Source: an uncultured delta proteobacterium (lineage in GTDB: Bacteria > Desulfobacterota > Desulfomonilia > Desulfomonilales > Desulfomonilaceae). Taken from it: 64,000 nt of DNA. Of the stretch, positions 48,467 through 58,986 are shown piece by piece; the first letter of the stretch is position 1; every line of letters starts with the position of its first letter. The position numbers and the translations under genes were made by a program. The notes beneath the pieces were generated by a model. It saw only the letters and a program-made list of their open reading frames with translations, was not told the origin of the DNA and ran no database searches. The stretch lies in NCBI GenBank assembly GCA_963789265.1, contig CAWBKB010000001.1:2368001-2432000 (forward strand), written 5' to 3'.

Positions 48467-49249
48467 TTAGAACGGTATATCGTTTTCAGGCTCATCGTCT
48501 TTAGAGCGAGCCTTTTTCCTGAGCACGAACAGCGACTCATTCTGCTCCACCCAATCCCAGCCGTCAGAAGTCAAACGTGCTGCGTCATACGGCCCTCCCT
48601 GTTCGTCGTATTCTTTAATGGTTTCGATCAGCCGCTTGCTGATAAGTCGTCTGAAACCCAGAGAAAATCCAATTGGTGTCAGACCCAACCGTTCAACATC
48701 GTTCTTGAGTGACCAAACGCTTGTGTTCGAATCCGGAAGTCCAGTTTCGCCAGCCAATACGGCTAGTACCATCAGTTCTGGCTGGCTCAAACCTTGAGTC
48801 GGTGCGACTTGTTCGGATTCGACGATCCGACGCAGAGCCTCTGTCTTATTCAAGAGCGCCCTGATCCTGTCCGTGACATCATTGCGTAGCTTGTTGAAAT
48901 CGCTTGGAGCCTCGGATTTGTAATTGATGACTGTCCTGTGTTGTATGTCGAATGGGTATTTTCGCGTTGTCCGTTCTTCAGAACAAACCATTACCACCGG
49001 ACGGTCTGCCGCGAACGCGTAACCTAGTTCGTACCAGACATTCGGGTTATCGGTAGTAATGTCGGCTAAGCAAATTGCGGCATTTCGAATCCCATCTTCG
49101 ATTGCCTCGATTGGAATCTCGACCTTCGGATCACGATCAACCCGATACGCTTCCAGCCCGGCTGCCTTGATCGCAGGCTTATATACGCCGTCGAATCGCT
49201 TGTCAAACTTGCCCGAATCGAAGGGCTGAATTACGAAGCACATTGCCAT
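48467..49249 (-). CDS. Nucleoside 2-deoxyribosyltransferase-like domain protein with C-terminal winged-helix-like region
   Basis: CFVIQPF..RVD..ADIT..NPNVWYELGYA..PFDI; C-terminal RLTSDG. Confidence 0.8.
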   Translation of the reverse strand: MAMCFVIQPFDSGKFDKRFDGVYKPAIKAAGLEAYRVDRDPKVEIPIEAIEDGIRNAAICLADITTDNPNVWYELGYAFAADRPVVMVCSEERTTRKYPFDIQHRTVINYKSEAPSDFNKLRNDVTDRIRALLNKTEALRRIVESEQVAPTQGLSQPELMVLAVLAGETGLPDSNTSVWSLKNDVERLGLTPIGFSLGFRRLISKRLIETIKEYDEQGGPYDAARLTSDGWDWVEQNESLFVLRKKARSKDDEPENDIPF

Positions 49250-49384
49250 TAGTGTTCCCTATGAAGCTAACTTCGCTTGCAGGACACGCCATCCATCATC
49301 CGTTGACCCCGTCGAGGCACAATGTGGCCTTACGCGGTTCATTTTCCCTTGGGGCCCTCTGAGGGCCCTGGATTCCATAGTCAA

Positions 49385-49420
49385 CAAAAACAGGGGAGCT
49401 GAGACTTCTCAACTCCCCTG
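49385..49420 (-). terminator. Terminator after the tRNA-Lys/tRNA-Glu transcript
   Basis: CAGGGGAG..CTCCCCTG stem followed by T5 on the minus strand. Confidence 0.75.
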
Positions 49421-49438
49421 TGATATTGGTGTCTTATT

Positions 49439-49516
<78 letters not shown>

Positions 49517-49588
49517 GTGTTTGCGACTCATTTATGCGAGATACTCAACCTGCAAAAAAATCGGCAACCAATAGCACAGACGGTATGG

Positions 49589-49664
49589 TGGTGGGCCGTG
49601 CTGGGCTCGAACCAGCGACTCTCTGCTTAAAAGGCAGATACTCTACCGCCTGAGTTAACGGCCC
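49589..49664 (-). tRNA. tRNA-Lys (TTT)
   Basis: GGGCCGT..TCTGC-CTTTTAA-GCAGA..GGTTCGAGCCC..CGGCCCACCA. Confidence 0.97.
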
Positions 49665-49790
49665 CAATTTGCGCACTAGATGACTGTGCCCATAAACTTG
49701 ATCCAAGCACCCTACTTTAGCTCATCACCGTAGCCTAAGCTATAAATTAAAGCATAGGTGAAAACTTAATGTCAAGGGCGATGACGACTG

Positions 49791-49934
49791 GGCAGTGTCC
49801 TAATTTAGTATACTGCCGTCATCCCGGTGAACGCCGGAATCCAGTCCCGAGGCCACGCGGGATGGACCCCGGACCAAAGTCGAGGGCGACGGTTTGCAAA
49901 AACCGCCCCAGGTGGCGCAAATTAGGACACCACC
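49791..49934. mobile_element. MITE with internal palindromic repeat
   Basis: TIRs GGCAGTGTCCTAATTT / AAATTAGGACACCACC; internal GTCATCCCGG..CCGGAATCCAG; no clear TSD. Confidence 0.6.
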
Positions 49935-50050
49935 TACGATCGAACCTCCCCATTGTAATCGCTTGACTATAGTTGAATCAACAGAGCGCTTGAACAGACA
50001 AGGATTATCGTGTATTGACCGAAACACGATGAGTCCGGGCAGGAGGTCAC

Positions 50051-51149
50051 ATGGAGAGGCGTAGGCTAAAGGTAGCATTGATTTTCGGCGGCCGGTCTGC
50101 CGAACATGAAGTATCGTTGCGTTCGGCATGCTCCATCTTCGAGGCGATGGATACAGACAAGTACGACGTCGCTCCGGTACTGATAACTCGTGAAGGTGCG
50201 TGGTATTGGCGACCCGCCGAAATAGCGTGCTTTGACCGGAAGTCGCGTGTGTCGGAAAACGACAGACTTCTGTTTTCTCCCGATCCTCGTCATAAGGGAT
50301 TTCTCCGCATAAATGCTGATGGGCGAATCGAGCCCAGGTCATTTGACGTAGTTTTCCCTGTTCTGCACGGGACCTTCGGAGAAGATGGCACGCTTCAGGG
50401 GCTATTGGATCTTGCGAACATGCCCTATGTCGGTTGTGGAGTCCTGGCATCAGCCGTAGGAATGGACAAGGTCCTTATGAAGGCGGCTTTTCGAGATAGC
50501 GGCTTACAGATCGGGCCTTTCTTCTGGTTCCTGCGTTCGGAATGGGAGGATAACAGGCCTGCCATAATCGAGAGGATGAGACAGAGCAAGTTTCCGCTTT
50601 TCGTGAAGCCCGCAAATCTTGGATCGTCTGTAGGAATAACTCGTGTGTCGGATGCTTCCGGCTTTGATGCCGCGGTGGCCCTGGCAGCGTCATACGATCG
50701 AAAGATCCTGGTGGAAGACGGCATTCCCGGCCGGGAGTTGGAGGTCAGCGTATTGGGGAACGATCGGGCCGCGGCGAGCCTGCCCGGGGAGGTGATCGCT
50801 CACTCGGATTTTTACGACTATGAAGAGAAGTATGTTCGCGGTACCCGCGGAATTGATCATCCCTGCTAATATGTCCGAATCGCAAAGAGAGGAAGCCCGG
50901 TCGGCCGCGGTGGCCGCATTCAGAGCGGTTGACGGGTCCGGGCTGGCCAGAGTTGACATGTTCCTGACTCCGGAAAACCGCATTGTGGTCAATGAGATCA
51001 ATACCCTACCGGGCTTCACGTCAGCCAGCATGTATCCCAAGCTCTGGGAGGCTACGGGTTTGCCTTACACAGACCTCATCGACAAGTTGATAGATCTGGC
51101 GCTGGAGAGGCACAGCGACAAGCAACGCATTCGGACGGACAGACAGTAA
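50051..51149 (+). CDS. ddl: D-alanine--D-alanine ligase, +1 frameshift at 50844-50846
   Basis: [38 protein letters not shown], then [12 protein letters not shown] in the next frame. Confidence 0.95.
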
Positions 51150-51151
51150 TA

Positions 51152-52117
51152 ATGAAGGCCATGATCCTTGCTGCCGGCCTGGGCACACGTCTGCGGCCTT
51201 TGACCTTGGAACGCGCCAAACCGGCAATTCCGCTTCTGGGCAAGCCGCTGGTGATCAGTCTGATTGAAAAATTGATGCAGCACGGAGCCACTGATTTTCG
51301 TCTGAATCTACACCATCTGCCCTGCACCATCGAAGATCTTTTCCTTACGCCTCCCTGGGATAGCCTGCCTGTCTCCTTTTCGCACGAACCCCGGATTCTG
51401 GGTACTGCCGGCGGGCTCAAGGCCAATGAAGCGTTTTTCGATCAGGGGACATTTCTTATGGTCAACGGTGACATCGTGCTGGAATTTCCGCTGGAAGACG
51501 CAATAGCCTTTCATAGGGACCGACGGGCGCTGGCTACGCTGGTTTTATATCCGCAGCAAGCGCCTTATCGCTATTCCCCTATTCGCGTCGACGATGAGGG
51601 TCACTTCCGGCACTTCAAAGGGATCCGGCCGGGCAAGCCCCCTCTTCCGGGAACGTATGTGTTCACAGGAGTCCACATATTGGAGCCCGAGATCTTTCGG
51701 CTTGTCCCCAGGGGCGAGTTCTACGAGATTAACGATCAAGTTTACACAGATGGGTTGGAGAGGGGAGAGAAAATATACGGTTTTCCTGTTGATGGTTATT
51801 GGAACGATCTGGGAACCCCGAGACGCTACCTGGACGCTCAAAAGGCACTATTCCAGCGCGAAGCAACTACACCGCCCGTACACATCTCACCTGGCGCCAG
51901 TCTGGCTGACTACGTCGCATTCAGCCCTTATGTATCTGTGGGATCGGGATGCGTCTTGGAACGCGATTCGTTTCTGGAAAACTCCATTCTCTGGGACAAA
52001 GTCCGTGTGAGAAACCGAGCCTCGATCCGAGATTGCATCGTGGGCGCGGACATGACCGTGGAGAGTGATTGCACCGGGAAAATCTTGACGCGAAACGGTG
52101 AGGCCGCGATTGTCTGA
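51152..52117 (+). CDS. NDP-sugar nucleotidyltransferase (MurU-like)
   Basis: KAMILAAGLGTRLRPLT..KP, LGTAGG, NGD, YWNDLGT; adjacent to an AmgK-like kinase. Confidence 0.85.
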   Translation: MKAMILAAGLGTRLRPLTLERAKPAIPLLGKPLVISLIEKLMQHGATDFRLNLHHLPCTIEDLFLTPPWDSLPVSFSHEPRILGTAGGLKANEAFFDQGTFLMVNGDIVLEFPLEDAIAFHRDRRALATLVLYPQQAPYRYSPIRVDDEGHFRHFKGIRPGKPPLPGTYVFTGVHILEPEIFRLVPRGEFYEINDQVYTDGLERGEKIYGFPVDGYWNDLGTPRRYLDAQKALFQREATTPPVHISPGASLADYVAFSPYVSVGSGCVLERDSFLENSILWDKVRVRNRASIRDCIVGADMTVESDCTGKILTRNGEAAIV

Positions 52118-53123
52118 CCGCAAACAGGATCTGGAAAAACGGCTCATGTCTGTAGCTTGGGGGGCCGACCTCCCCACCGGAGTAAAAAAGCTTGCCGGGG
52201 ACGCTTCAACACGGGTCTACTTCCGGGCTTTCTACCCCCGAAGAGGCAGCGCAATCATCATGGTCCAGCCTCATCCGGGGACAGATGGGCAGGCCGCGTT
52301 TCTTGAAATTCAGAGATTTCTGGAATCCCTGGACCTTCCTGTTCCACGAATTTACGCGCATGACAAGGAACGGGGGATCGTGGTCTTGGAAGACCTGGGC
52401 GACGATCTGCTCGAATCCGTTGTGGAGCGAGCGTCCGGTGACAGGCTCAGGCAAATTTACGGAGAAGCGGTCAATCTTCTCCTCAGAATGCGCCGCGCCA
52501 CTTCCAAACCTTCCTCGACTTGCAGGGCCTTTGACCTGGCTTTTGACGAGAAGAAACTGATGGAGGAGATGCACTTCTTCATCACACATTTCGTCAAGGG
52601 GCTATGCAAAACAGAGCCTACTGCCGCAGCAGCTTCCACGCTCGAGGATTTCTTCATGACGATTTGCAGGCTCCTGGCTGCGCAACCTCGCGTCTTCACC
52701 CACCGGGACTTCCATTCGAGAAACCTCATGCTCCACGATAATCATCTCGTAATGATAGACTTTCAAGATGCCAGGATGGGGCCCGCGGAATACGATCTCG
52801 CTTCTCTGCTTCGCGATTCCTACGTGACCCTGCCGGAGGAGTTGGTCGAGGAACTCCTGACCCTCTATACGGATGAGATCCACGGAACCGCCGACAATTC
52901 GCCCGCCAAGTTCCGCTACATATTTGATGTCATGTCGCTGCAGCGAAACATTAAGGCCCTGGGGACCTTCGGCTACCAGATATCCGTACGTGGGTGCGGC
53001 AGATACGCATCGTCGATTCCTCGTACCGCGGCGTACGTGTCGCGCAATATCGGGCTCTACCCGGAATTTGCAAGATTCAGATCCGTGGTGGAGGAGCTGA
53101 TTAGCGTCCCCTCTAGTAAATGA
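52110..53123 (+). CDS. Anomeric sugar kinase, AmgK-like (APH family)
   Basis: GDASTRVYFR, LEDLGD, HRDFHSRNLM, IDFQDA, YDLASLLRD, QRNIKALG. Confidence 0.88.
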   Translation: MSDRKQDLEKRLMSVAWGADLPTGVKKLAGDASTRVYFRAFYPRRGSAIIMVQPHPGTDGQAAFLEIQRFLESLDLPVPRIYAHDKERGIVVLEDLGDDLLESVVERASGDRLRQIYGEAVNLLLRMRRATSKPSSTCRAFDLAFDEKKLMEEMHFFITHFVKGLCKTEPTAAAASTLEDFFMTICRLLAAQPRVFTHRDFHSRNLMLHDNHLVMIDFQDARMGPAEYDLASLLRDSYVTLPEELVEELLTLYTDEIHGTADNSPAKFRYIFDVMSLQRNIKALGTFGYQISVRGCGRYASSIPRTAAYVSRNIGLYPEFARFRSVVEELISVPSSK

Positions 53124-53255
53124 TTCTTTATTTAAGAGTAATATCATAATCCTTTGATCTCTCACATTCACTAATTGTTGTAATATGTTGTTATATATGG
53201 TATAGATTTAAACCAAAGGATGGATTGCCATCCAACCTCTCCAGGAGTTGGAGAA

Positions 53256-53885
53256 ATGAAAACCATTCTGTGGATCGCAACAATTCTGGCAGCCACTGCA
53301 ATTTCTTCCATGGCGGCTCAGTTTTGTGACTCGACGTGCATGGATTCGAAGATAAGCCAAATGAAAGAGGATCTCCAAATCCAGTTAGAACGCATCAGAA
53401 GGGCGCGGGACACCGCTGATTCCAAGATGACACTGGCTAAACTTCGCATTGCCGAGCAGCTCAGGCGTTCCGAGGATGATTTGACCGGACAAATTGAGAG
53501 ATTGGAAAGATATCGCGAGCAGTTGACCGACCAAAGGAGCGGGAACGGTCAGGTTGCATCTGAAATGCAGCAGGATTGGACGCGATACGTTGCCGATGCG
53601 GCTTCAAACCTCCATCATCAGCTTCAGCAAACCAACGATCTCATCGCCCGAATGGAATCCCTTCGGGACAAATTTGACGTAGACCCCAATGGCTTGACCC
53701 CGCCTAATACTGGTCACACGATGCCTTCCGCACCCTCCATCCTTCAGACCCCGGTCCCTGCCGGCTCCTCCACGACCGGTTCGCAATCCCGGCCTCCGAC
53801 GATTACGCTAACTGCCACAGTCAATCTGCGATCCGGTACCTCGACTGCCACGACACCAACTCCCGCGAATGCCGCTTCTCCTTGA
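53256..53885 (+). CDS. Hypothetical exported coiled-coil protein with Pro/Thr-rich tail
   Basis: GGAG RBS, signal peptide, Q/E/R-rich helical core. Confidence 0.7.
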   Translation: MKTILWIATILAATAISSMAAQFCDSTCMDSKISQMKEDLQIQLERIRRARDTADSKMTLAKLRIAEQLRRSEDDLTGQIERLERYREQLTDQRSGNGQVASEMQQDWTRYVADAASNLHHQLQQTNDLIARMESLRDKFDVDPNGLTPPNTGHTMPSAPSILQTPVPAGSSTTGSQSRPPTITLTATVNLRSGTSTATTPTPANAASP

Positions 53886-54039
53886 CCGCATGACAACTTG
53901 CCCGGCGGGCAACTAAATTGAGTCGTTTTGAAGAGGCCCGGGCACTGCCGAAGTTAAACATCACATAAAGCGACGGTCTTCTCACAAAAGTAATTGCAGG
54001 TTTACGCCGCGTGCATTAAGCTGTTAATGAGGAGAGAGC

Positions 54040-54486
54040 GTGGAAGTAACCTGTGCGAACTGTGACATACTGCTTAACCTGCCGGACGACAAAGTTCCCG
54101 TGGGGAAGTCGTACATCGTCTGTCCAAGGTGCAATTCGCGCATCAATATATTCATGAGCGTGACTCCGGGTGCGGTTGTAACCAACCTTTCGGGTTTGAG
54201 ATTCCTTGGAGACAATGATGATTTGAACGACCGGTTCTGCGACCCGGGCGAACTATGGCGGGTCGTAGAAGTGGTCGAACCCTGCCCGGATCGGGGGAAA
54301 GGGAGGGCTTGCGAGGTTGAAAACCGCGGGCGCTGCCCGAACCAACGGCTGGTGATCAGACTCCGAGGGGACAAGACGCGGTACAAAACATGTTTGTACC
54401 GGCAAGGCAGGCGAATTTTCGATAAGAACCGTCGGCCGCCTGTGGGAAATCGGGGTGTTTCAAGCGGGTGCAACCTCCCGGACTAG
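54040..54486 (+). CDS. Zinc-ribbon domain hypothetical protein
   Basis: MEVTCANC..LPDDKVP..CPRC; four more Cys in the C-terminal part; GAGGAG RBS. Confidence 0.75.
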   Translation: MEVTCANCDILLNLPDDKVPVGKSYIVCPRCNSRINIFMSVTPGAVVTNLSGLRFLGDNDDLNDRFCDPGELWRVVEVVEPCPDRGKGRACEVENRGRCPNQRLVIRLRGDKTRYKTCLYRQGRRIFDKNRRPPVGNRGVSSGCNLPD

Positions 54487-54629
54487 GGCCGGTGCAAGCG
54501 GGGAACTGTAGGGGCGAATAGCGTTCGCCCCAGTCGCTTTCGTGTCCACAGCGGGACTGCCACACCGGAAACACGGAATCGTTTGCTTTAAGTCGAATTG
54601 TTATAAGATGACCAGGATTTCCTTCGCGT

Positions 54630-55409
54630 CTACTCGTCCTTCCATTCAGGCTTCCGCTTCTCCAGGAACGCGCTTATCCCCTCATTCGCATCGTAACCTT
54701 CCATGAGGTCTTTCAGATAGAGGGATTCCATGTGAGGAAAGTCTTCTCTGATTCTTCGGAAAAAGTCGTTACGCACTGCCCGGTTCGCCACCCGAAGACA
54801 TGAGGCGCTTTTGGGGAGTATGTGTTGCTCAATCCACTGTGAGGCCACCTCCCAGGCATCTTGCCCCTCGTCAGTCAAAATGTTGACCATGCCAATTCGA
54901 TGGGCCTCTAAAGCGTCGATGGATCGTCCGGTGAGCACCAGATCGTCAGCATGAGATTGCCCCACTTTTCTCGGCAACATCACTGAGGCAGGCGGTGGAA
55001 ACACGCCCAGGACAATTTCCGGCTGGCCGAACATTGCCGTCCTGTCGGCCACGATGAAGTTGCAAAACAAGGCCAATTCCATTCCGCCTCCCAGGCACTG
55101 CCCGCGTACTACCGCCATTGTGGGAACAGCCAGCGCTATCAATCGGTAAAACACGCCGTGGAAGGCTTTCAGCATCATAGCTGCTTTGTCTTTGGTATGC
55201 TCCTGAACGCTCGCTCCAAACGAGAAGTGCTTGCCTGCCCCCTCAAAGACTAGGAGCTTCATGTGATTTGCCGTGCACTTTTCGTCGAGCGCAGCGGAGA
55301 TTTCGGCCAGCATAGCTGCTTCCAGTATATTGGCTTTGGGAGAGTTCAGAACAATCTTGAAGACAGCGCCATCGAAGTGATCTTCGCATTGTATCAGCCG
55401 GTATTGCAT
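54630..55409 (-). CDS. dch: Cyclohexa-1,5-diene-1-carbonyl-CoA hydratase (crotonase fold)
   Basis: PKANIL..HFSFGASVQEH, CLGGGME, GQPEIVLGVFPP; next to oah. Confidence 0.85.
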   Translation of the reverse strand: MQYRLIQCEDHFDGAVFKIVLNSPKANILEAAMLAEISAALDEKCTANHMKLLVFEGAGKHFSFGASVQEHTKDKAAMMLKAFHGVFYRLIALAVPTMAVVRGQCLGGGMELALFCNFIVADRTAMFGQPEIVLGVFPPPASVMLPRKVGQSHADDLVLTGRSIDALEAHRIGMVNILTDEGQDAWEVASQWIEQHILPKSASCLRVANRAVRNDFFRRIREDFPHMESLYLKDLMEGYDANEGISAFLEKRKPEWKDE

Positions 55410-55695
55410 CGAATTTTCCTCCCTATGAACCACGTATGCGCCCTCTCATGCCAGTGCGCGATCAAACGGTGAACAATCAAGGAAATACAGCACGGATCCG
55501 ACAAAGCCTCCCGCGGGGGGCACCATCGTGGCGCCAGGTCAGTGCCGTTTGCTATCGGCCCATTCTCACTTTTTTGGAAAGCAAATCGGTAGCATCCTTC
55601 TCCTCTGCCAGAAGAATGAGTGTCAAAAATAAGTGCGAATATTCTCAGCCGGAGGCTCCCTTACGTTACTCTCTTCTGCCCTCAATAAACGGCAG

Positions 55696-55723
55696 CAGGG
55701 GCGGGTTTGAAACCCGCTCCCTA
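55696..55723. repeat. REP-like palindrome
   Basis: AGGGGCGGGTTTGAAACCCGCTCCCTAC, same family as ~8028, 36443 and 57240. Confidence 0.6.
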
Positions 55724-55831
55724 CAGATCCCTTTTCTTTCGCCGAAAGGGGGAAGGTACAGGATGAACAAACGTATATCGCAGTCCGTTTTGATTGCGGC
55801 CGGTCCGAGCACAGCTTGCTTCGGACACCGG

Positions 55832-56962
55832 TTATGTCTGCGGCTTACCCATGACTTCCGCGAATGTTTCCGGTGTGGCAGGGGCACCCTCAGCGATAAG
55901 CTGGCGCCACCGGATAAAGTCTATGACATCTTTGCCCGTAATCTTCTTGGTATTGAAGGAGTTGAAGCCCAAATACGCCTCGTAATTCATGTTGGCCATG
56001 AGCCAGTGTCGATTGGCCAGCTTGGTCTGATCCCAGAAGAATTTCTTCTTGGCTCGAATGCCGTCAATGGCCTTGATCAAACAGCCCGGGAACAGGTTGG
56101 CAAAGGTCCACACGACCTTGTTTACTTCAGCGTCTAAAAGACTTAAGTCCTTGGGAAGTGCCTTCATCATGTCTTTGGCTTCTTTTGCCGCGGCACCGGT
56201 CTTGAATTCGCCGTAAACGATTTCCCCATCCGCCACGTACGTGTCGGTAATCACCAAAGGATTCCGGATGAACTTGTCGCCTTGTTTGAGCACGCGTACC
56301 GCTTTGGAAATTAGGTTCTTCGCCCTCATCTTGTAGGCGCTCCACATCTCGCAACTCACGCAGTTCCACATGGCATCTTCCATGGAAAGGAACCAGGGGA
56401 GGAAGTCCGTCGAGCCGCCATCGGGGCTGGAACCGTGCCGAGCGCCTGCCTGGCCGAAAATAGCCAGGTCACTGGAAATGGCCAGATCGCACGCCATTCC
56501 GATTTCCTGGCCGCCGGCAACTCTCATGCCGTTCACACGGCAGATCACGGGCTTCTTGCAATTCAGGATCGAGTCCACCATTCCATTGAAAAGGTCCATG
56601 TATTCCCCGTACTCGTGGGGCCGCATGGAATAGTATTCCGCATATTCTCTGGTGTTACCTCCAGTGCAGAAGGCCGTGTCTCCGGTACCAGTGAAGATGA
56701 CAGCCACCACGGAGCGATCCTGACTGGCAGCGGAAAATCCCGCAATCACTCCCTTGACCATCTCGGTAGTGTACGAATTGTACTGCTGGGGATTGTTTAG
56801 GCGTATCCAGGCGACGAAAAGTCCTTCGATTTGCTTGCCGTCAGGTGATGTCAACGGCTTCTTTTCATAAACCGTGCAAGGAGCCTCGGTTCCCCAATGT
56901 TCCGATCCCATGAGGATATGATCCTTGCTGCTGTTGTCTCTGGGCAACCATTCCAACGTCAT
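55832..56962 (-). CDS. oah: 6-oxocyclohex-1-ene-1-carbonyl-CoA hydrolase (BamA/Oah)
   Basis: WIRLNNPQQYNSYTTEMVKG, FCTGGNT.EY, RVNGMRVAGGQEIGMACD, HGSSPDGGSTDFLP. Confidence 0.95.
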   Translation of the reverse strand: MTLEWLPRDNSSKDHILMGSEHWGTEAPCTVYEKKPLTSPDGKQIEGLFVAWIRLNNPQQYNSYTTEMVKGVIAGFSAASQDRSVVAVIFTGTGDTAFCTGGNTREYAEYYSMRPHEYGEYMDLFNGMVDSILNCKKPVICRVNGMRVAGGQEIGMACDLAISSDLAIFGQAGARHGSSPDGGSTDFLPWFLSMEDAMWNCVSCEMWSAYKMRAKNLISKAVRVLKQGDKFIRNPLVITDTYVADGEIVYGEFKTGAAAKEAKDMMKALPKDLSLLDAEVNKVVWTFANLFPGCLIKAIDGIRAKKKFFWDQTKLANRHWLMANMNYEAYLGFNSFNTKKITGKDVIDFIRWRQLIAEGAPATPETFAEVMGKPQT

Positions 56963-57169
56963 ACTTGACCTCCTATTTAGGAATTAAGCGATCTCACAAC
57001 CTCCACGGGGCCTGCACTTTCGCGGCAGGCAATGGGGCGCGATAACCGGTAGAAATGATAGACTCGGGATTCCGGCTTGAAAACCTCGCCAAATCCCCCT
57101 TTATAAAAGGGAGACTTTGATGGCCGTTGGCCACACTTCAAAGGCAACAAACTCGTCTTAAGTCCGCGT

Positions 57170-57307
57170 CTGGGGGACTCCGATCCGGGGCTCAGTCTGT
57201 CCGGCGCCTAGCGGGACGCGTACGCGGGCATGACGACATGTAAGAACGGGTTTAAAACCCGCCCCTACCAGGCCACGGTGTCACTTGCTCGAAAGCGTAT
57301 CGCCTTA
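57170..57307 (+). repeat. Partial carrier-MITE/REP mosaic
   Basis: GACTCCGATCCGGGG..GCGGGCATGAC, CGGGTTTAAAACCCGCCCCTAC, ACGGTGTCACTTGCTCGAAAGCG end block. Confidence 0.65.
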
Positions 57308-57325
57308 ACGACGCCCCCTATCAGG

Positions 57326-57814
57326 CTACCTTACCGGCTCGAAAGCATAAAACACTCGTGGGATCTCGACGGTTTCCCGGCCGAATTCCTGAGGCACGGA
57401 TTCCACATCAAATACCGACAACTTGACCTGATGGCCGACCTTCAACTCGCCTTCCTTGCAGTTTATGATACGTACGAAGAAAGTTCGCTTCCCTTGCAAA
57501 TCCACCAGGGCATGGATCAGCGGAGGCTTGCCGAAACCCAGAGGAACGCCGACAACTTCTTCGGTGAATTCAAGCACCGTGCCCGTCGTCGGCCAGTCAA
57601 CCCATTCCATGTTGGTGCTGTAGCATTCCGGGCAGAGCAGCCTCGGCGGAAATGGTTCGGCGTTACAATCCTTACATCTCGTGGTGGTGAATCGCCCTTC
57701 CTTCAAGTGCTCGTAAAAGAGGAAGACCTGGTTGAACTCTTTGGACTCCTGCGGAAACAGGTCCATGGTGGCCATGTATTTTCCATTGAGTACGGAGATT
57801 CCCGGCGTGCTCAT
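57326..57814 (-). CDS. DUF35 zinc-ribbon/OB-fold protein
   Basis: RCKDC..FPPRLLCPEC..GTV; overlaps the thiolase stop. Confidence 0.92.
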   Translation of the reverse strand: MSTPGISVLNGKYMATMDLFPQESKEFNQVFLFYEHLKEGRFTTTRCKDCNAEPFPPRLLCPECYSTNMEWVDWPTTGTVLEFTEEVVGVPLGFGKPPLIHALVDLQGKRTFFVRIINCKEGELKVGHQVKLSVFDVESVPQEFGRETVEIPRVFYAFEPVR

Positions 57815-58986
57815 GCGACCTCCTTGCCGTAGATAAGGACGGTATGCGCGGCTATGAATCCGCTGAGGTTGTGCGTTAGGCCTACTGCCGCTCCGGGGAC
57901 CTGCTGAACTGCATCACCCCGCAGTTGCCGCATGACCTCAATCGCCTGTCGAATACCCGTACCGCCGAAAGGATGGCCGCAGCCAAGGAGACCTCCGTCC
58001 GTGTTGGTCGGGATCCGGCCGCCGAGATCGTTCTGGCCGTCTCCCACAAACGGGCCGCCCTCGCCCTTCTCGCAGAACCCAAGGTCTTCCATTTCTATGA
58101 TTTCCGAAATGGTGAAGCAGTCATGAGTCATGGCTACATCCACGTCTTGGGGCTTCACTTTGGCTTTATTATACGCCTGCTCCGCTGCTATCTTCAGGGC
58201 TTCCCATGTGGTCCAATTGGGCATGTTCGCGGACATGTTGTTCACCGACGCCTGCGCGGTCCCGCGGACATATACCAATGGCTTGTCGGTCATCTGCTTG
58301 GCCCTCTCCTCGGTGGCCAAAACAACGGCCGCTGCTCCGTCGGTGATCGGGCAGCAGTCATAAAGGGTCAGTGGCGGCACGATCATTCGACCGCTCATGA
58401 CCTCTTCCATGGTGACCGGAGTCTGAAATTGGGCTTTGGGATTCTTTGCGGAATTCCGACGGTTCTTGACGGAAACCGTTGCCAGATGCTCCTTTACGGT
58501 CCCATACTGCTTCATGTGTTGCTTCGCGACCATTGCGAACACAGGGGGCGGAAGGCCCAGCCCCTGAGTTCCGTCCCAGTCGTGGTCCACCGACGCAAGC
58601 TCGCTGTAAAACACCTCCCACTTTTGAGGGGTGTAGAGCTTTTCTCCCCCTGCCACCATGACCACGTCGGCCTGTCCTGCCTTGATGAGACCAAAAGCCA
58701 ATATGATGGCTGAACTGCCGCTTGCGCACAGGAGTTCCACCCGAGCACAAATGTTCTTCGGCTTGATACCGGCGTATTCAGCGACAAGCGGTGCAAGGTG
58801 AGTCTGGTACGAGGTCCGCTCCGTATACGCGGATGCGACCAGCAAGCCGTCTATATCTTTGGGGTTTAGGTGGGGGTTGTCGTCGTAGGCCGCTTTTGCC
58901 GCCTCCTGGAAGAAGTCCCTTTGACTGCCGTTTCTCACCCCCCATTTGGACATTCCGCCCGCAATTACGCACACATTGCGATCCAT
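57811..58986 (-). CDS. SCP-x/archaeal-type thiolase
   Basis: CASGS, DCCPITDGAAA, HDCFT, DGGLL..GHPFGGTG. Confidence 0.92.
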   Translation of the reverse strand: MDRNVCVIAGGMSKWGVRNGSQRDFFQEAAKAAYDDNPHLNPKDIDGLLVASAYTERTSYQTHLAPLVAEYAGIKPKNICARVELLCASGSSAIILAFGLIKAGQADVVMVAGGEKLYTPQKWEVFYSELASVDHDWDGTQGLGLPPPVFAMVAKQHMKQYGTVKEHLATVSVKNRRNSAKNPKAQFQTPVTMEEVMSGRMIVPPLTLYDCCPITDGAAAVVLATEERAKQMTDKPLVYVRGTAQASVNNMSANMPNWTTWEALKIAAEQAYNKAKVKPQDVDVAMTHDCFTISEIIEMEDLGFCEKGEGGPFVGDGQNDLGGRIPTNTDGGLLGCGHPFGGTGIRQAIEVMRQLRGDAVQQVPGAAVGLTHNLSGFIAAHTVLIYGKEVA

